A DNA stretch of 44,937 bases from Candidatus Rokuibacteriota bacterium (GTDB lineage Bacteria > Methylomirabilota > Methylomirabilia > Rokubacteriales > CSP1-6), in NCBI GenBank assembly GCA_037446305.1, contig JBBIIW010000003.1:1-44937 (forward strand), given 5' to 3'. The notes beneath the pieces are model-generated. The model worked only from the letters and a program-made list of their open reading frames with translations, was not told the origin of the DNA and made no database searches. A program made the translations under genes and the position numbers. Of this stretch, positions 14,983 through 23,902 are shown piece after piece; within the stretch, counting starts at the first letter, position 1; each line of letters opens with the position of its first letter.

Positions 14983-16847
14983 GAGCTCGACTCGATCCGG
15001 CCGACCGGACCGGCCAGGGTACGCTCCGCCCCCTGCCCGAGATGCTGGGCGAGGGTCAGCGCCGCGTCGATGAGACCGACGTGGGTGAAGGCCTGGGGGA
15101 AGTTCCCGAGCTGCGCGCCCGTGTCCGGGTCGATCTCCTCGGCGAACAGGCCGACGTCGTTGGCCAGCCCGCACAGGCGCTCGAACGCCGCCGCGGCGCC
15201 CGCGATGTCGCCCTGCCGGCAGCGGCAGTCCACGGCCCAGAAGCTCGCGATCCCGAAGGCGCCCTCGCCGGGCGGCAGCCCGTCCGGGTCGAGGTACCGA
15301 TAGAGGAGGCCCCCGGCGCCGAGGCGCTCGTGGACCCGCGCGCAGGTCGCCTGCAGGCGGGGGTCAGCCGGATCCGCCCAGCCGTAGCGCGCCAGGAGCA
15401 GCAGGCTGGCGTCCAGCTCCTCCCCGTCGAGGACGCTCACGTAGCTGCCCAGGCGAGGGTTGTAGCCCCGCCGCTCCACCTCGGCGCGGATCGCGTCCCG
15501 CTCCCGCGAGAACCGCTCCACGGGCGCGCGCAGGTGTCCCCCCTGGCTCAGCCGGATCAGCCGGTCGAGGGCGACCCAGCACATGGCTTTCGAGTAGGTG
15601 TGGTGGCGGCGACCGCTCCGGATCTCCCAGATCCCCTCGTCGGGCTCCCGCCACCGCCGGCAGACCGTCTCGCCCAGGCCGACGAGCATGCGTCCCGTCG
15701 TCCGGTCCAGCCGGCCTCCCCGGCGAACGAACTCGAACACGGCATCGATCACCTCGCCGTACACGTCGAGCTGGAGCTGGCGGCCGGCGTCATTGCCGAC
15801 GCGCACCGGACGCGAGCCGGCATACCCCTCCAGGTGGTCCAGCTCGCGCTCCGGCACCCGCGACCCTCCGTGCACATCGTAGAGAACCTGGAGCTCCGGC
15901 CAGGTCAGCCGGGTCGAGTGGAGCGTCCAGGCCAGGAAGGCCCGGGCCTCGTCCTCGTATCCGAGGTCCAGAAGCGCCCGCAGGGTGAGCGAGGCATCCC
16001 GCAGCCAGCAGTAGCGGTAATCCCAGTTGCGGACGCCCCCGATCCGCTCCGGGAGCGAGGTCGTGGGGGCGGCGACGATCGCCCCCGAGGGCGCGTAGGT
16101 CATCAGCTTGAGCGTGAGCGCGCTCCGGATGACCGGGCCGCGGTACGGCCCGTCGTAGGGACAGCGGGCGACCCAGCCGCGCCACCAGCGGACCGTCTCC
16201 CCGAGCTGTTGCTCGGCCGCATCGCCGAGGACCGGCAGCACCGCCGGCTCTCGGTGGGCGTAGGCCAGGGCCACGACCCGCCGATCGCCGGGGCCCAGCC
16301 GCGCCCGGCCGCGGACGCCGGCGTGATGGGGATCGGGCCGCAGGGGGATCTCGCTCCGGAGCACCAGCGCCTCCGGACCGTGCGTCCACCAGAACCCCAG
16401 CGGCCCACGGTCCTCGGCGCTCCTGATCACCGCGCCGTACCGCGGACGCGGGTCGCAGACCACCTCCACCTCGACCTCGCCGGCCAGGCCCTCCACCACG
16501 CGCAGCACGGCGTGGTCCGGGCGCAGGGCCCGGCGCTTGTCGTCCTCGGATGCGACCGGCATGAGATCCCGCAGCCGCACCCGCCCCCGATCGGTGGTGA
16601 ACGTGGTCTCCAGGACATTGGTATCGTCCAGGTACCGCCGGGTGGCCTGGAAGGGGGCCGTGGGCCGGACGGCGAAGGTGCCGCCCCGCCGCCGATCCAG
16701 GAGCGCCGCGAAGATCGCCGGGGCGTCGAACCGGGGCAGGCACAGCCAGTCGAGCGCACCCTCCCGCGAGACGAGGGCCGCCGTCCGGCAGTCCCCGATG
16801 ATCGCGTAATCCCCGATCGGGGGATAGGCGGCGTCCCGGCCGGACAT
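14979..16847 (-). CDS. Glycoside hydrolase family 15 protein (trehalase/glucoamylase-related, Rv2402-like)
   Basis: PIGDYAIIGDCRTAALVSREGALDWLCLPRFDAPAIFAALL N-terminus, ...NWDYRYCWLRDASLTL..., EGIWEIRSGRRHHTYSKAMCWVALDR. GAAGGAG RBS. Confidence 0.85.
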   Translation of the reverse strand: MSGRDAAYPPIGDYAIIGDCRTAALVSREGALDWLCLPRFDAPAIFAALLDRRRGGTFAVRPTAPFQATRRYLDDTNVLETTFTTDRGRVRLRDLMPVASEDDKRRALRPDHAVLRVVEGLAGEVEVEVVCDPRPRYGAVIRSAEDRGPLGFWWTHGPEALVLRSEIPLRPDPHHAGVRGRARLGPGDRRVVALAYAHREPAVLPVLGDAAEQQLGETVRWWRGWVARCPYDGPYRGPVIRSALTLKLMTYAPSGAIVAAPTTSLPERIGGVRNWDYRYCWLRDASLTLRALLDLGYEDEARAFLAWTLHSTRLTWPELQVLYDVHGGSRVPERELDHLEGYAGSRPVRVGNDAGRQLQLDVYGEVIDAVFEFVRRGGRLDRTTGRMLVGLGETVCRRWREPDEGIWEIRSGRRHHTYSKAMCWVALDRLIRLSQGGHLRAPVERFSRERDAIRAEVERRGYNPRLGSYVSVLDGEELDASLLLLARYGWADPADPRLQATCARVHERLGAGGLLYRYLDPDGLPPGEGAFGIASFWAVDCRCRQGDIAGAAAAFERLCGLANDVGLFAEEIDPDTGAQLGNFPQAFTHVGLIDAALTLAQHLGQGAERTLAGPVGRIESSS

Positions 16848-17101
16848 GCTCCTTCCTGTCTGGATGCTCGCTTCCAGGATGCGCTCGCCGTCCCGTTCGC
16901 GCCACCGGTCGGCCCGGTGCGCAGAACCCGGGCCGGCACGCCCTGCGCGTCCGGCGCCATGCTCGGCGGGGCGCGCGCCCCGCTGGCGGGAATCGCCCGG
17001 GTCGTTCGACTGTTCCACTCGGTGACGATGGATACGATGAGGCCTCATCGCCGAAGGATTCACGGCGGGCCGGGAACCGTCTCGGCCCCCCGCGGCGTCC
17101 T

Positions 17102-17842
17102 ATGGGCGTGACGGTCGATCTCGCCCTGAGCCTCTTCGTGCAGTACGGGTACTGGATCGTCTTCGTGGCGATCGTCCTCGACAACGCCGGGCTTCCGATC
17201 CCGGGTGAGCTGCTGCTGCTGCTCTTCGGCGCGCTGGCGCAGCGCGGCGATCTGAACCCCATGCTGGGTCTCCTGGTCGGCACGGCGGCGGCCGTGAGCG
17301 GCGACAGCATCGGCTACTGGTTGGGCCGGCTGGCCGGCGACCGGGTGCTGCGCGCGTACTGCCGCATCACGCTGGGCTCGGGGACGTGCATCCCGAAGGC
17401 GGTGGGCTACTACGAGCGCTGGGGGACGGCGACGGTCATCGCCGGCCGCTTCGTCATCGGGCTTCGCGTCTTCCTGGCGCCCCTGGCCGGCGCCGCCGGC
17501 GTGCCGTACCGTCGGTTCCTGCTCCTGGACGGCGTCGGGGCCCTGCTCTGGTCGGGCGCGTTCATCCTCATCGGCTTCGTTCTGGGCGGCCGGCTGGATT
17601 CCGTGCACGAGGGTTACCGGGCCGGCTCGCTGACGCTGGTGGCGATGCTGGCCGCCGGGTTCGGCGGGTACGTGCTGATGAAGCTCTGGCGTCGTCGACG
17701 CCACGGGCCCGCCGCCTTCCTGGAGCCGATGATCGCGCGCGCGGCGGCCGGCCTCCGGCCCCGGCGAGTCTCGGCGGAGCGCCTGCACCCGCCCCCGGCC
17801 GGGCCAGCGCCTCTGGCGAGCACGACCTCGCCACGCACCTGA
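17102..17842 (+). CDS. DedA/SNARE-associated family membrane protein
   Basis: [26 protein letters not shown]...[11 protein letters not shown]...[22 protein letters not shown] are typical DedA motifs. Confidence 0.85.
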   Translation: MGVTVDLALSLFVQYGYWIVFVAIVLDNAGLPIPGELLLLLFGALAQRGDLNPMLGLLVGTAAAVSGDSIGYWLGRLAGDRVLRAYCRITLGSGTCIPKAVGYYERWGTATVIAGRFVIGLRVFLAPLAGAAGVPYRRFLLLDGVGALLWSGAFILIGFVLGGRLDSVHEGYRAGSLTLVAMLAAGFGGYVLMKLWRRRRHGPAAFLEPMIARAAAGLRPRRVSAERLHPPPAGPAPLASTTSPRT

Positions 17843-17867
17843 CGCTCGAGAGAGGCGCTGCCCGGCG

Positions 17868-19274
17868 ATGACGTTCCGCGAACGCGCAGACCAGCACGCT
17901 GAACACATCTTCCCGCCCCTGTCGGCCCTCGACGAGGGGGACGGGGCGCCGGGCCCCCGGACGCTCGCCGGCCCCGCGGCCCCGGAGAGTCCCCGGGCGC
18001 AGCGCCTGGTCGAGGCGCCGCCGCGTCACGACGACGTCGCTCTCTACCTGAGGGAGATCGGCCGCGTCCCGCTGCTGACGGCGCGGCAGGAGGGCGAGAT
18101 CGGCCGCCGGATCGAGGCCGGTCAAGCGGCGCTTCGTCACGCGCTGGCCGGCATTCCGGTGGCTGTCAACCTGCTGCTCGAGATCGGGGATCGGCTGGGG
18201 CGGGGCGAGCTTCCAGCGGAGACGGTGATCGCCTCGCCGGATGCCAGGCCGCTCGGACCGGACGACGTTCACGGCGTCCTGCGCGCATTCCGACAGATCG
18301 GCCGCCTGACGCGGACCATCGCCCGCCTCCAGCGCTCGCGGGACGGCGGCCCGCGAGCCGCTCTGGCCCGGGCGGCCGTCATCGCGACGCACCGACGGGC
18401 GATCCAGCGTCTCGTCGCGGCGGCGCCCCTCAACCCGCGACTCGTCGAGGCGCTCCTGAGCCGGGTGCGAAGCCGGGGGGAGGACGCGTACGCCGGGCTC
18501 CCCCGACCCCGACGGCGGGCCGTCCTCGAGCAGATCGAGATCTGGGAGCGCGAAGTCCGGCAGGCCAGGCATGCCCTTGTCGAAGCCAACCTCCGGCTCG
18601 TCGTCTCCATCGCCAAGCGGTACCAGGGACGCGGCCTGCCCCTGCTGGATCTGATCCAGGAGGGCAACCTCGGGCTCATGCGGGCGGCCGACGGGTTCCA
18701 GTACCGCCGAGGGAACCGATTCTCGACCTACGCCACCTGGTGGATCCGCCAGCGGATCGCGCGGGCGATCGCCTACCAGTCGCGCACCGTTCGCCTCCCG
18801 CAGCGACTCGTCGAGCGACTGCAGCACATCGGCCGGGCGCGCCGGGAGCTGAGCAGCGCGCTGGGCCGTGAGCCGAACCCGGAGGAAATCGCTCAGCGCG
18901 TCGGGCTCCCGCCCGCCATCGTCCGGCAGGGGCTGGCCGCCTCCGGCCAGCCCCTCTCGCTCGAGAGCCCGGTGGGGGACGCCGGGACGCTGGGCGATTT
19001 CCTCGAAGATACCGCGGTCTCGGCGCTCGACCTGGCTGCGGACAGCGATGAGCGCCGGAGCGTCGAGCGGGCGCTGGCGACCCTCGCCCCCCGCGAGCGC
19101 ACCATCCTGCGGCTCCGGTTCGGCATCGGCGGTGGCGCCGAGCACACGCTGGAGCAGATCGGCCGACGACTCGGCGTGACGCGGGAGCGTGTCCGCCAGA
19201 TCGAGGCCGCCACGCTCGATCGTCTCCGGCACCGATCCTGGGGCCGCGGCCCGGACTGGGCCGTGCCGCAATGA
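17868..19274 (+). CDS. Sigma-70 family (RpoD-like, regions 1.2-4) RNA polymerase sigma factor
   Basis: [92 protein letters not shown]...[20 protein letters not shown]. Confidence 0.85.
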   Translation: MTFRERADQHAEHIFPPLSALDEGDGAPGPRTLAGPAAPESPRAQRLVEAPPRHDDVALYLREIGRVPLLTARQEGEIGRRIEAGQAALRHALAGIPVAVNLLLEIGDRLGRGELPAETVIASPDARPLGPDDVHGVLRAFRQIGRLTRTIARLQRSRDGGPRAALARAAVIATHRRAIQRLVAAAPLNPRLVEALLSRVRSRGEDAYAGLPRPRRRAVLEQIEIWEREVRQARHALVEANLRLVVSIAKRYQGRGLPLLDLIQEGNLGLMRAADGFQYRRGNRFSTYATWWIRQRIARAIAYQSRTVRLPQRLVERLQHIGRARRELSSALGREPNPEEIAQRVGLPPAIVRQGLAASGQPLSLESPVGDAGTLGDFLEDTAVSALDLAADSDERRSVERALATLAPRERTILRLRFGIGGGAEHTLEQIGRRLGVTRERVRQIEAATLDRLRHRSWGRGPDWAVPQ

Positions 19275-19350
19275 GCCCGTCGGCGTCCCCTCCCGCCCCC
19301 GTCTCGGCGGTTTCAACAACAACCGGTGCACGCATTCGCGGAAAGAGCCA

Positions 19351-20490
19351 GTGGGGACGAACTACTTGAGAGAGATCCAGCGGCACGGCCAGAGCGTGTG
19401 GTACGACGCGATCGGGTGGGATCTCGTCGCCTCGGGGGAGCTGGCGCGCCTGATGGCGGAGGGCGTCAGCGGTGTCATGACGAACCCGGCGCTTCCGGCG
19501 GCGGCTGTCACCGGGGATGGGGGCCGCGCTGACGCGCGGCGACAGCTCGCGGCCCAGGGCCAGGAGCCGGCCGAAGTCTACGAGACGCTCGCGATCCGGG
19601 AGGTGCGAGCGGCCGCCGATGTCCTCCGGCCGGTCTACGACCGCACGGAGGGCCGAGACGGCTTCGTCAGCCTGCCGGTCTCCCCCGAGCTCGCCCACGA
19701 CGGCAGCGGCACGGTCAACGAGGCCCAGCGGCTCCTCGACGCCGTCGGACGACCCAACATCATGATCGCGGTTCCCGGAACGGCGGCCGGGATCTGGGCC
19801 ATCGAGGAGTTGGTTGCGGGGGGAATCTCGGTCAACGCAACGCTGCTCTTTTCCGTCGACCGGTACCGGGCCGTCGCTCGCGCATACCTCGCGGGCCTCG
19901 AGCGATGCATCGAGAGCGGCGGGACGGTCAGGCGCGTCGCCTCGGTGGCGTCCTTCTTCCTCAGCCGCCTCGACCGGCTGGTAAACCGCCGGCTGGAGGC
20001 CGAGATCTCCACCGCGGGAAGTGACGCGGAGCGGCGAGCGCTGGAAGGCCTGCGAAGCCAGGCCGCCATCGCGAGCGCGAAGACGGCCTACGCCGAAGCG
20101 AAGACGCTCTTCAGCGGTCGGCAGTGGGCCCGGCTGGCGGCGGCCGGGGCGAGGCCGCAGCGCCTCCTCTGGGCCAGCCCGGTCGGCGCCGACGCGGCGC
20201 TGGACGACCGCTACTACATCGAAGCCCTGGTCGGCAGAGACACGGTCGCCGCGCTGTCGCCATCGATACTGACGGCGGTTCGTGAGCGCGCCCGGATCCG
20301 TCCCACGCTGGAGGCCGGGCTGCCGGCCGCCAGAGCGGTGCTGCGGCGGCTCGAGGCCGCTGGCGTTCACCTGGCTCGGGTGGCCGAGCAGCTGGAGGAG
20401 GACGGTGTGCGCGCAGTCCGCGAGTCATTCGACCGAGCGATTGCGGACATCAGCTCCCGGCGCCAGCTCGCTACCCGAGCCCTGGTCTGA
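19351..20490 (+). CDS. Transaldolase-fold protein (actinobacterial long Tal type) with substituted catalytic residues
   Basis: Collinear with Tal motifs GQSVWYD, GVMTNP, GISVNATLLFS, SVASFFLSRLD. VSLPVSPELAH replaces SxEVxPxLA and NIMIAVPGT replaces NxxIKIPAT. The GTG start is uncertain. Confidence 0.8.
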   Translation: MGTNYLREIQRHGQSVWYDAIGWDLVASGELARLMAEGVSGVMTNPALPAAAVTGDGGRADARRQLAAQGQEPAEVYETLAIREVRAAADVLRPVYDRTEGRDGFVSLPVSPELAHDGSGTVNEAQRLLDAVGRPNIMIAVPGTAAGIWAIEELVAGGISVNATLLFSVDRYRAVARAYLAGLERCIESGGTVRRVASVASFFLSRLDRLVNRRLEAEISTAGSDAERRALEGLRSQAAIASAKTAYAEAKTLFSGRQWARLAAAGARPQRLLWASPVGADAALDDRYYIEALVGRDTVAALSPSILTAVRERARIRPTLEAGLPAARAVLRRLEAAGVHLARVAEQLEEDGVRAVRESFDRAIADISSRRQLATRALV

Positions 20491-20505
20491 ACAGGACATC
20501 GGTCG

Positions 20506-20628
20506 ATGAGCTGGTTGGGATGGGCGGTCCTGCTGATAGCGGTGATCGGGGTATTCGTCCTGTGGGACCTCGTCTTCTGTGGCGGCAAGCGCTGTCGAGG
20601 CCTTTGGGACCAGATCGGCTGGTGGTGA
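20506..20628 (+). CDS. Possible 40-aa single-TM peptide (MSWLGWAVLLIAVIGVFVLWDLVFCGGKRCRGLWDQIGWW)
   Basis: ATG 16 nt after the Tal-like stop, a hydrophobic helix followed by a Cys/Trp-rich tail. It is below the ORF-track length cut-off and no homology was recognised. Confidence 0.3.
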   Translation: MSWLGWAVLLIAVIGVFVLWDLVFCGGKRCRGLWDQIGWW

Positions 20629-20925
20629 CATCGCGCTCGGCACGGCGCCCGACCGGCGGGGAGCCTGTCCCGGTAACGGGCCGGCCGTCTCGGCGTTTGC
20701 GGAGATAGATGCGCGAGAGAGGCGGCGAGGAGCGGCTGACTCATGCGACGGCGGGTCGTGCTGACGGGCTCCTGGGCGCCGTCGCAGCCGGCGGGCTCGC
20801 GGGCGCCGTCGCCCTCAGGGGCACGTGACCGGCGTCCTGACCCGCCCGGGTGAGGCCGGGCCCCGGGAGGGCTCCTCGGCGTGAGGAGGGTGGAGGCGGA
20901 CGGCGGGGCGTCCTGGGCGCCGCCA

Positions 20926-20953
20926 AAACTTTTCTTCGGAGGGAAGCGAATAC
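20926..20953 (+). promoter_or_regulatory. ECF-type promoter candidate P2: AAACTT-N15-CGAATAC
   Basis: Same architecture as P1, P3 and P4. It lies in the only AT-richer patch of the intergenic region and ends 9 nt before the GTG at 20962. Confidence 0.55.
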
Positions 20954-20961
20954 CAATTACC

Positions 20962-21516
20962 GTGAGGACCGACGAGGAGCTGATGGCGAGGGTGGCCGAG
21001 GGCGACTGGGACGCCTTCGAGCTACTCCTCGCCCGCGTCGAGACGCCCCTGTTCGCGTTTCTCCACCGGCTCGGGGCACGCCCGGACATCGTTCAGGATC
21101 TCGCTCAGGAGGTGATGCTGCGGCTCTACGAGCACCGTCGCCGTTACGACCCCGAGCGCCCCTTCCGGCCTTGGCTCTTCGGCATCGCCGTCAACGTCTG
21201 GAAGGACTCACGGCGGCGCGGAGCCCGCGAGCATGCCGGCCTCGAGCGCCTCTGGCTGACAGGCGAGGACGAGGCGCCGGTGCCAGAGCCCGACCAGCGG
21301 GCCCAGGTGCTGGAGGACGCCGAGGCGGTGCGCCGCGCGGTCCAGGCGCTGCCGGAGGCCGAACGGGTGCCGCTGATCCTGCGGCACTACCACGGGCTCT
21401 CCTATGCGGAAGTCCAAGAAGTCCTGCGGATCCCTCTCGGGACGGTGAAGACCCGGATCCATGTCGCAGTCCAGAAAGTGCGCGCCGCCTGTCAGGCAAT
21501 GTCCAGGACGGTGTGA
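20962..21516 (+). CDS. ECF RNA polymerase sigma factor
   Basis: Region 2 (DIVQDLAQEVMLRLYEHRRRYDPERPFRPWLFGIAVNV) and region 4 (LPEAERVPLILRHYHGLSYAEVQEVLRIPLGTVKTRIH). The ATG at 20983 is an alternative start. Confidence 0.8.
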   Translation: MRTDEELMARVAEGDWDAFELLLARVETPLFAFLHRLGARPDIVQDLAQEVMLRLYEHRRRYDPERPFRPWLFGIAVNVWKDSRRRGAREHAGLERLWLTGEDEAPVPEPDQRAQVLEDAEAVRRAVQALPEAERVPLILRHYHGLSYAEVQEVLRIPLGTVKTRIHVAVQKVRAACQAMSRTV

Positions 21517-21532
21517 AAGCCAGGACGGTGGG

Positions 21533-22378
21533 ATGATGCCCGGATGTCGGGATGCCCGAGAACGGATGGTCGATCACGTGTACGGCGAGCTGGCGGCCGA
21601 CCAGGCCGCCGACCTCGATGTCCATCTCGACACGTGTCATGGCTGTCGGGAGGAATGGGAGCGGTTGCGTCGCGACCTGGCGAGGCTGGACGCGTGGACG
21701 GCGCCGCTCCCACCCAGGAGCCTTCGGGACCGTGTCCTCGCCGACCTGGCGCGCCGGCGCGCCGAGGCGGCCGAGCGTTCCTTGGTCGCCTCCCGCCCGG
21801 AGCGAGTGGTGGCCGCGACCCTGTTGGGCGCCTTGGCGGCGGGGATCTCGCTGCTACTCGTGTCGGGCGTGGGATCCGGAGCCCTACCGCCGGTCGGGTT
21901 CGGCGTCGTGGGCGCCGTGTGGGCGACGTTCTACGCGGGCGCGCTCGTCCTGGCGGGATCCCGCCCCTTCGGCGCGGCGTCTCGGGCAGCTCTGACCGGC
22001 GCCGGGATCGCGATGATCCTCGCGGCGCCCCTGGCGATCCCGAGGGTGGTCGAGGTCTGTGCCCGCCTGGTGCAGGGAGCCTCCGGCACCATGGCGTTCG
22101 CGGTCGTGGTGATGGTCGTCGCTGTCGGATACACCGCTGGTCCGTTGCTCATCGGGGGGCTGGCCTTCCGGGGGCCCACGACCGGCGGTGGGCTGGCCGA
22201 AGGGGTGAAGCGGTCTGCGCTCTACGCGTTACTGGTCGCGCCTGCGGTGTACATCCAGTGCCTGTCCCAGCCGCTCGACGTCACCGCCGTCTGGATGGCG
22301 GGGGCGATTCTCGGCGCGGCGCTGGCCGGGCCGCTGAGCCTCCACCTGCGCGGCAGGTGGGCCGCGAGCCCCGCCTGA
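21533..22378 (+). CDS. zf-HC2 anti-sigma factor with a polytopic membrane C-terminal domain
   Basis: Lies immediately downstream of the ECF sigma. HLDTCHGCREEW zinc-finger motif, then about six hydrophobic segments. Confidence 0.75.
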   Translation: MMPGCRDARERMVDHVYGELAADQAADLDVHLDTCHGCREEWERLRRDLARLDAWTAPLPPRSLRDRVLADLARRRAEAAERSLVASRPERVVAATLLGALAAGISLLLVSGVGSGALPPVGFGVVGAVWATFYAGALVLAGSRPFGAASRAALTGAGIAMILAAPLAIPRVVEVCARLVQGASGTMAFAVVVMVVAVGYTAGPLLIGGLAFRGPTTGGGLAEGVKRSALYALLVAPAVYIQCLSQPLDVTAVWMAGAILGAALAGPLSLHLRGRWAASPA

Positions 22379-22453
22379 AGGCAGGGGCGCGCCAGCTGTC
22401 GCGACGACCGCGGCGGTCGCGCCGACCCAGGGGGGGCCCTCCTCGCAGCGCGA

Positions 22454-22481
22454 AAACCCTCTGCCGGTCGGCGGCGAATAC
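22454..22481 (+). promoter_or_regulatory. ECF-type promoter candidate P3: AAACCC-N15-CGAATAC
   Basis: Exact copy of the motif, ending 9 nt before the ATG at 22490 of the TolC-like gene. This implies a leaderless or very short-leader mRNA. Confidence 0.6.
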
Positions 22482-22489
22482 GTGTTGGG

Positions 22490-23884
22490 ATGTGGGGGCC
22501 TGTCGTCCAAGCGGCGAGAGTGGCGGTCCTGCTTGCCGGTCTGGGACTCCTGGGCGCCGCCGGCCCCGGGCTCGCACAGCCCCCGGAACCGGAGAAGCTG
22601 ACTCTCGACGAGGTCGTCGATCTCGCGCTGGCGAGGAACGCCGCGGTGCGAGCGGCCGCGCGCGAGGTCGAGGCTGCGGCCAAAGCCCACGCGGCCTCCC
22701 GCGGCCGCCTGTGGCCGTTCGCCGACATCTTCGGCGACTGGCAGTACTCGGGCCCCGACGAGGAGAACAAGACCCGGCTGCTCGCCAATATCGGCCGCAT
22801 GCCGAAACTCGGACCAACGCTGAGCGACAACCAGCCCATCGGCGGCATCCCGCGCCGGGAATTCGACCACAACCTCTACGCGGTTGGGGTCCGGGTCACC
22901 TACCCTCTCTACGTCGGGGGTCGGATCGTCGCCGAGATTGAAGCCAACCGCCTCTTGACCCTGCTTGCGAGAGAGCGGGCGACGCAGACCGTGGACGAGC
23001 TGATCTTCAACCTCAGCAGCACCTTCTACAGCATCCTGCGGCTCCAGGAGAACGCCAGGGCCACCGAGGCCAGCGTCCGGGCTCTCCAGGAGGCCCAGAA
23101 GAACATCCGCGCGCTGGTCGAAGTGGGGCGGCTCCCGCGGGCCGATCTCTTCAAGGTGAACACCCGTCTGGCGGCCGTCCGCCAGGAGCTGATCAAGGTG
23201 CGGAACGAGGTGGAGCTCGCGCACGCCGTCCTCAAGACGCTCATGGGGCTCGAGGTCACGGAGCCGCTGGGCGTAAAGGGGGCGCTGGGCAGCGAGCCCG
23301 TGGCCGTCGACCTGCCACTCGACCTCAGCGAGGCCGAACGGCGCCGGCCCGAGCTGCAGGCGGCGCGCCGTGCGGTCGAGGTCCAGGCGCAGCGCGTCCG
23401 GATCGCCCGGGGGGCCCGGCTTCCCCGGGTGGACGCGAGGGCCCAGTACGCGGGGGGAGCCGGGGAGTCGGATTTCGGGAAGCCGCTGGGTGACTTCGTC
23501 GTCGGCGTGAACATCTCGATCCCGATCTTCACCGGTGGCCAGCTCCAGGCCCGGATCGCCGAGGAGGAGGCCCGGCTGGCCCGCGCTCGGGAGGCGTTGG
23601 AGAAGGCGCGGCTCGACGTGCAGCTGGACGTGCAGACCGCCCACCTCGCCCTCGTCGAATCGAGCGAGCGGATCAGGGCGGCACAGGTGGCCCTGGAGGA
23701 CGCGCGCGAGGCGCTGCGGGTGGAGCAGCTCAAAACCCAGGTCGGCCGAGGCATCGTCGAGGACCTGCTCGACGCCCAGGCGGCGGAGCTCCAGGCGCAG
23801 ACCAACTACACGCGCGCGCTCGCCGACTACAACACGGCGTTGGTGGCAAGGCGGAAGGCGATCGGGCGCGTCCGGGAGCCGTAG
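22490..23884 (+). CDS. TolC-family outer-membrane efflux protein
   Basis: Signal peptide, then LTLDEVVDLALARNAAVRAA and two OEP repeats with typical coiled-coil segments. Confidence 0.85.
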   Translation: MWGPVVQAARVAVLLAGLGLLGAAGPGLAQPPEPEKLTLDEVVDLALARNAAVRAAAREVEAAAKAHAASRGRLWPFADIFGDWQYSGPDEENKTRLLANIGRMPKLGPTLSDNQPIGGIPRREFDHNLYAVGVRVTYPLYVGGRIVAEIEANRLLTLLARERATQTVDELIFNLSSTFYSILRLQENARATEASVRALQEAQKNIRALVEVGRLPRADLFKVNTRLAAVRQELIKVRNEVELAHAVLKTLMGLEVTEPLGVKGALGSEPVAVDLPLDLSEAERRRPELQAARRAVEVQAQRVRIARGARLPRVDARAQYAGGAGESDFGKPLGDFVVGVNISIPIFTGGQLQARIAEEEARLARAREALEKARLDVQLDVQTAHLALVESSERIRAAQVALEDAREALRVEQLKTQVGRGIVEDLLDAQAAELQAQTNYTRALADYNTALVARRKAIGRVREP

Positions 23885-23902
23885 CCAGGAGGGCGGAGGG
23901 CG

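Noticed and set aside
17073-17100. GGAACC-N17-CGTCC upstream of the DedA gene, as a classical ECF promoter.
   Set aside because: The -10 element abuts the annotated ATG (17102), leaving no room for a transcription start. GGAAC and CGTC words are frequent in DNA this GC-rich.
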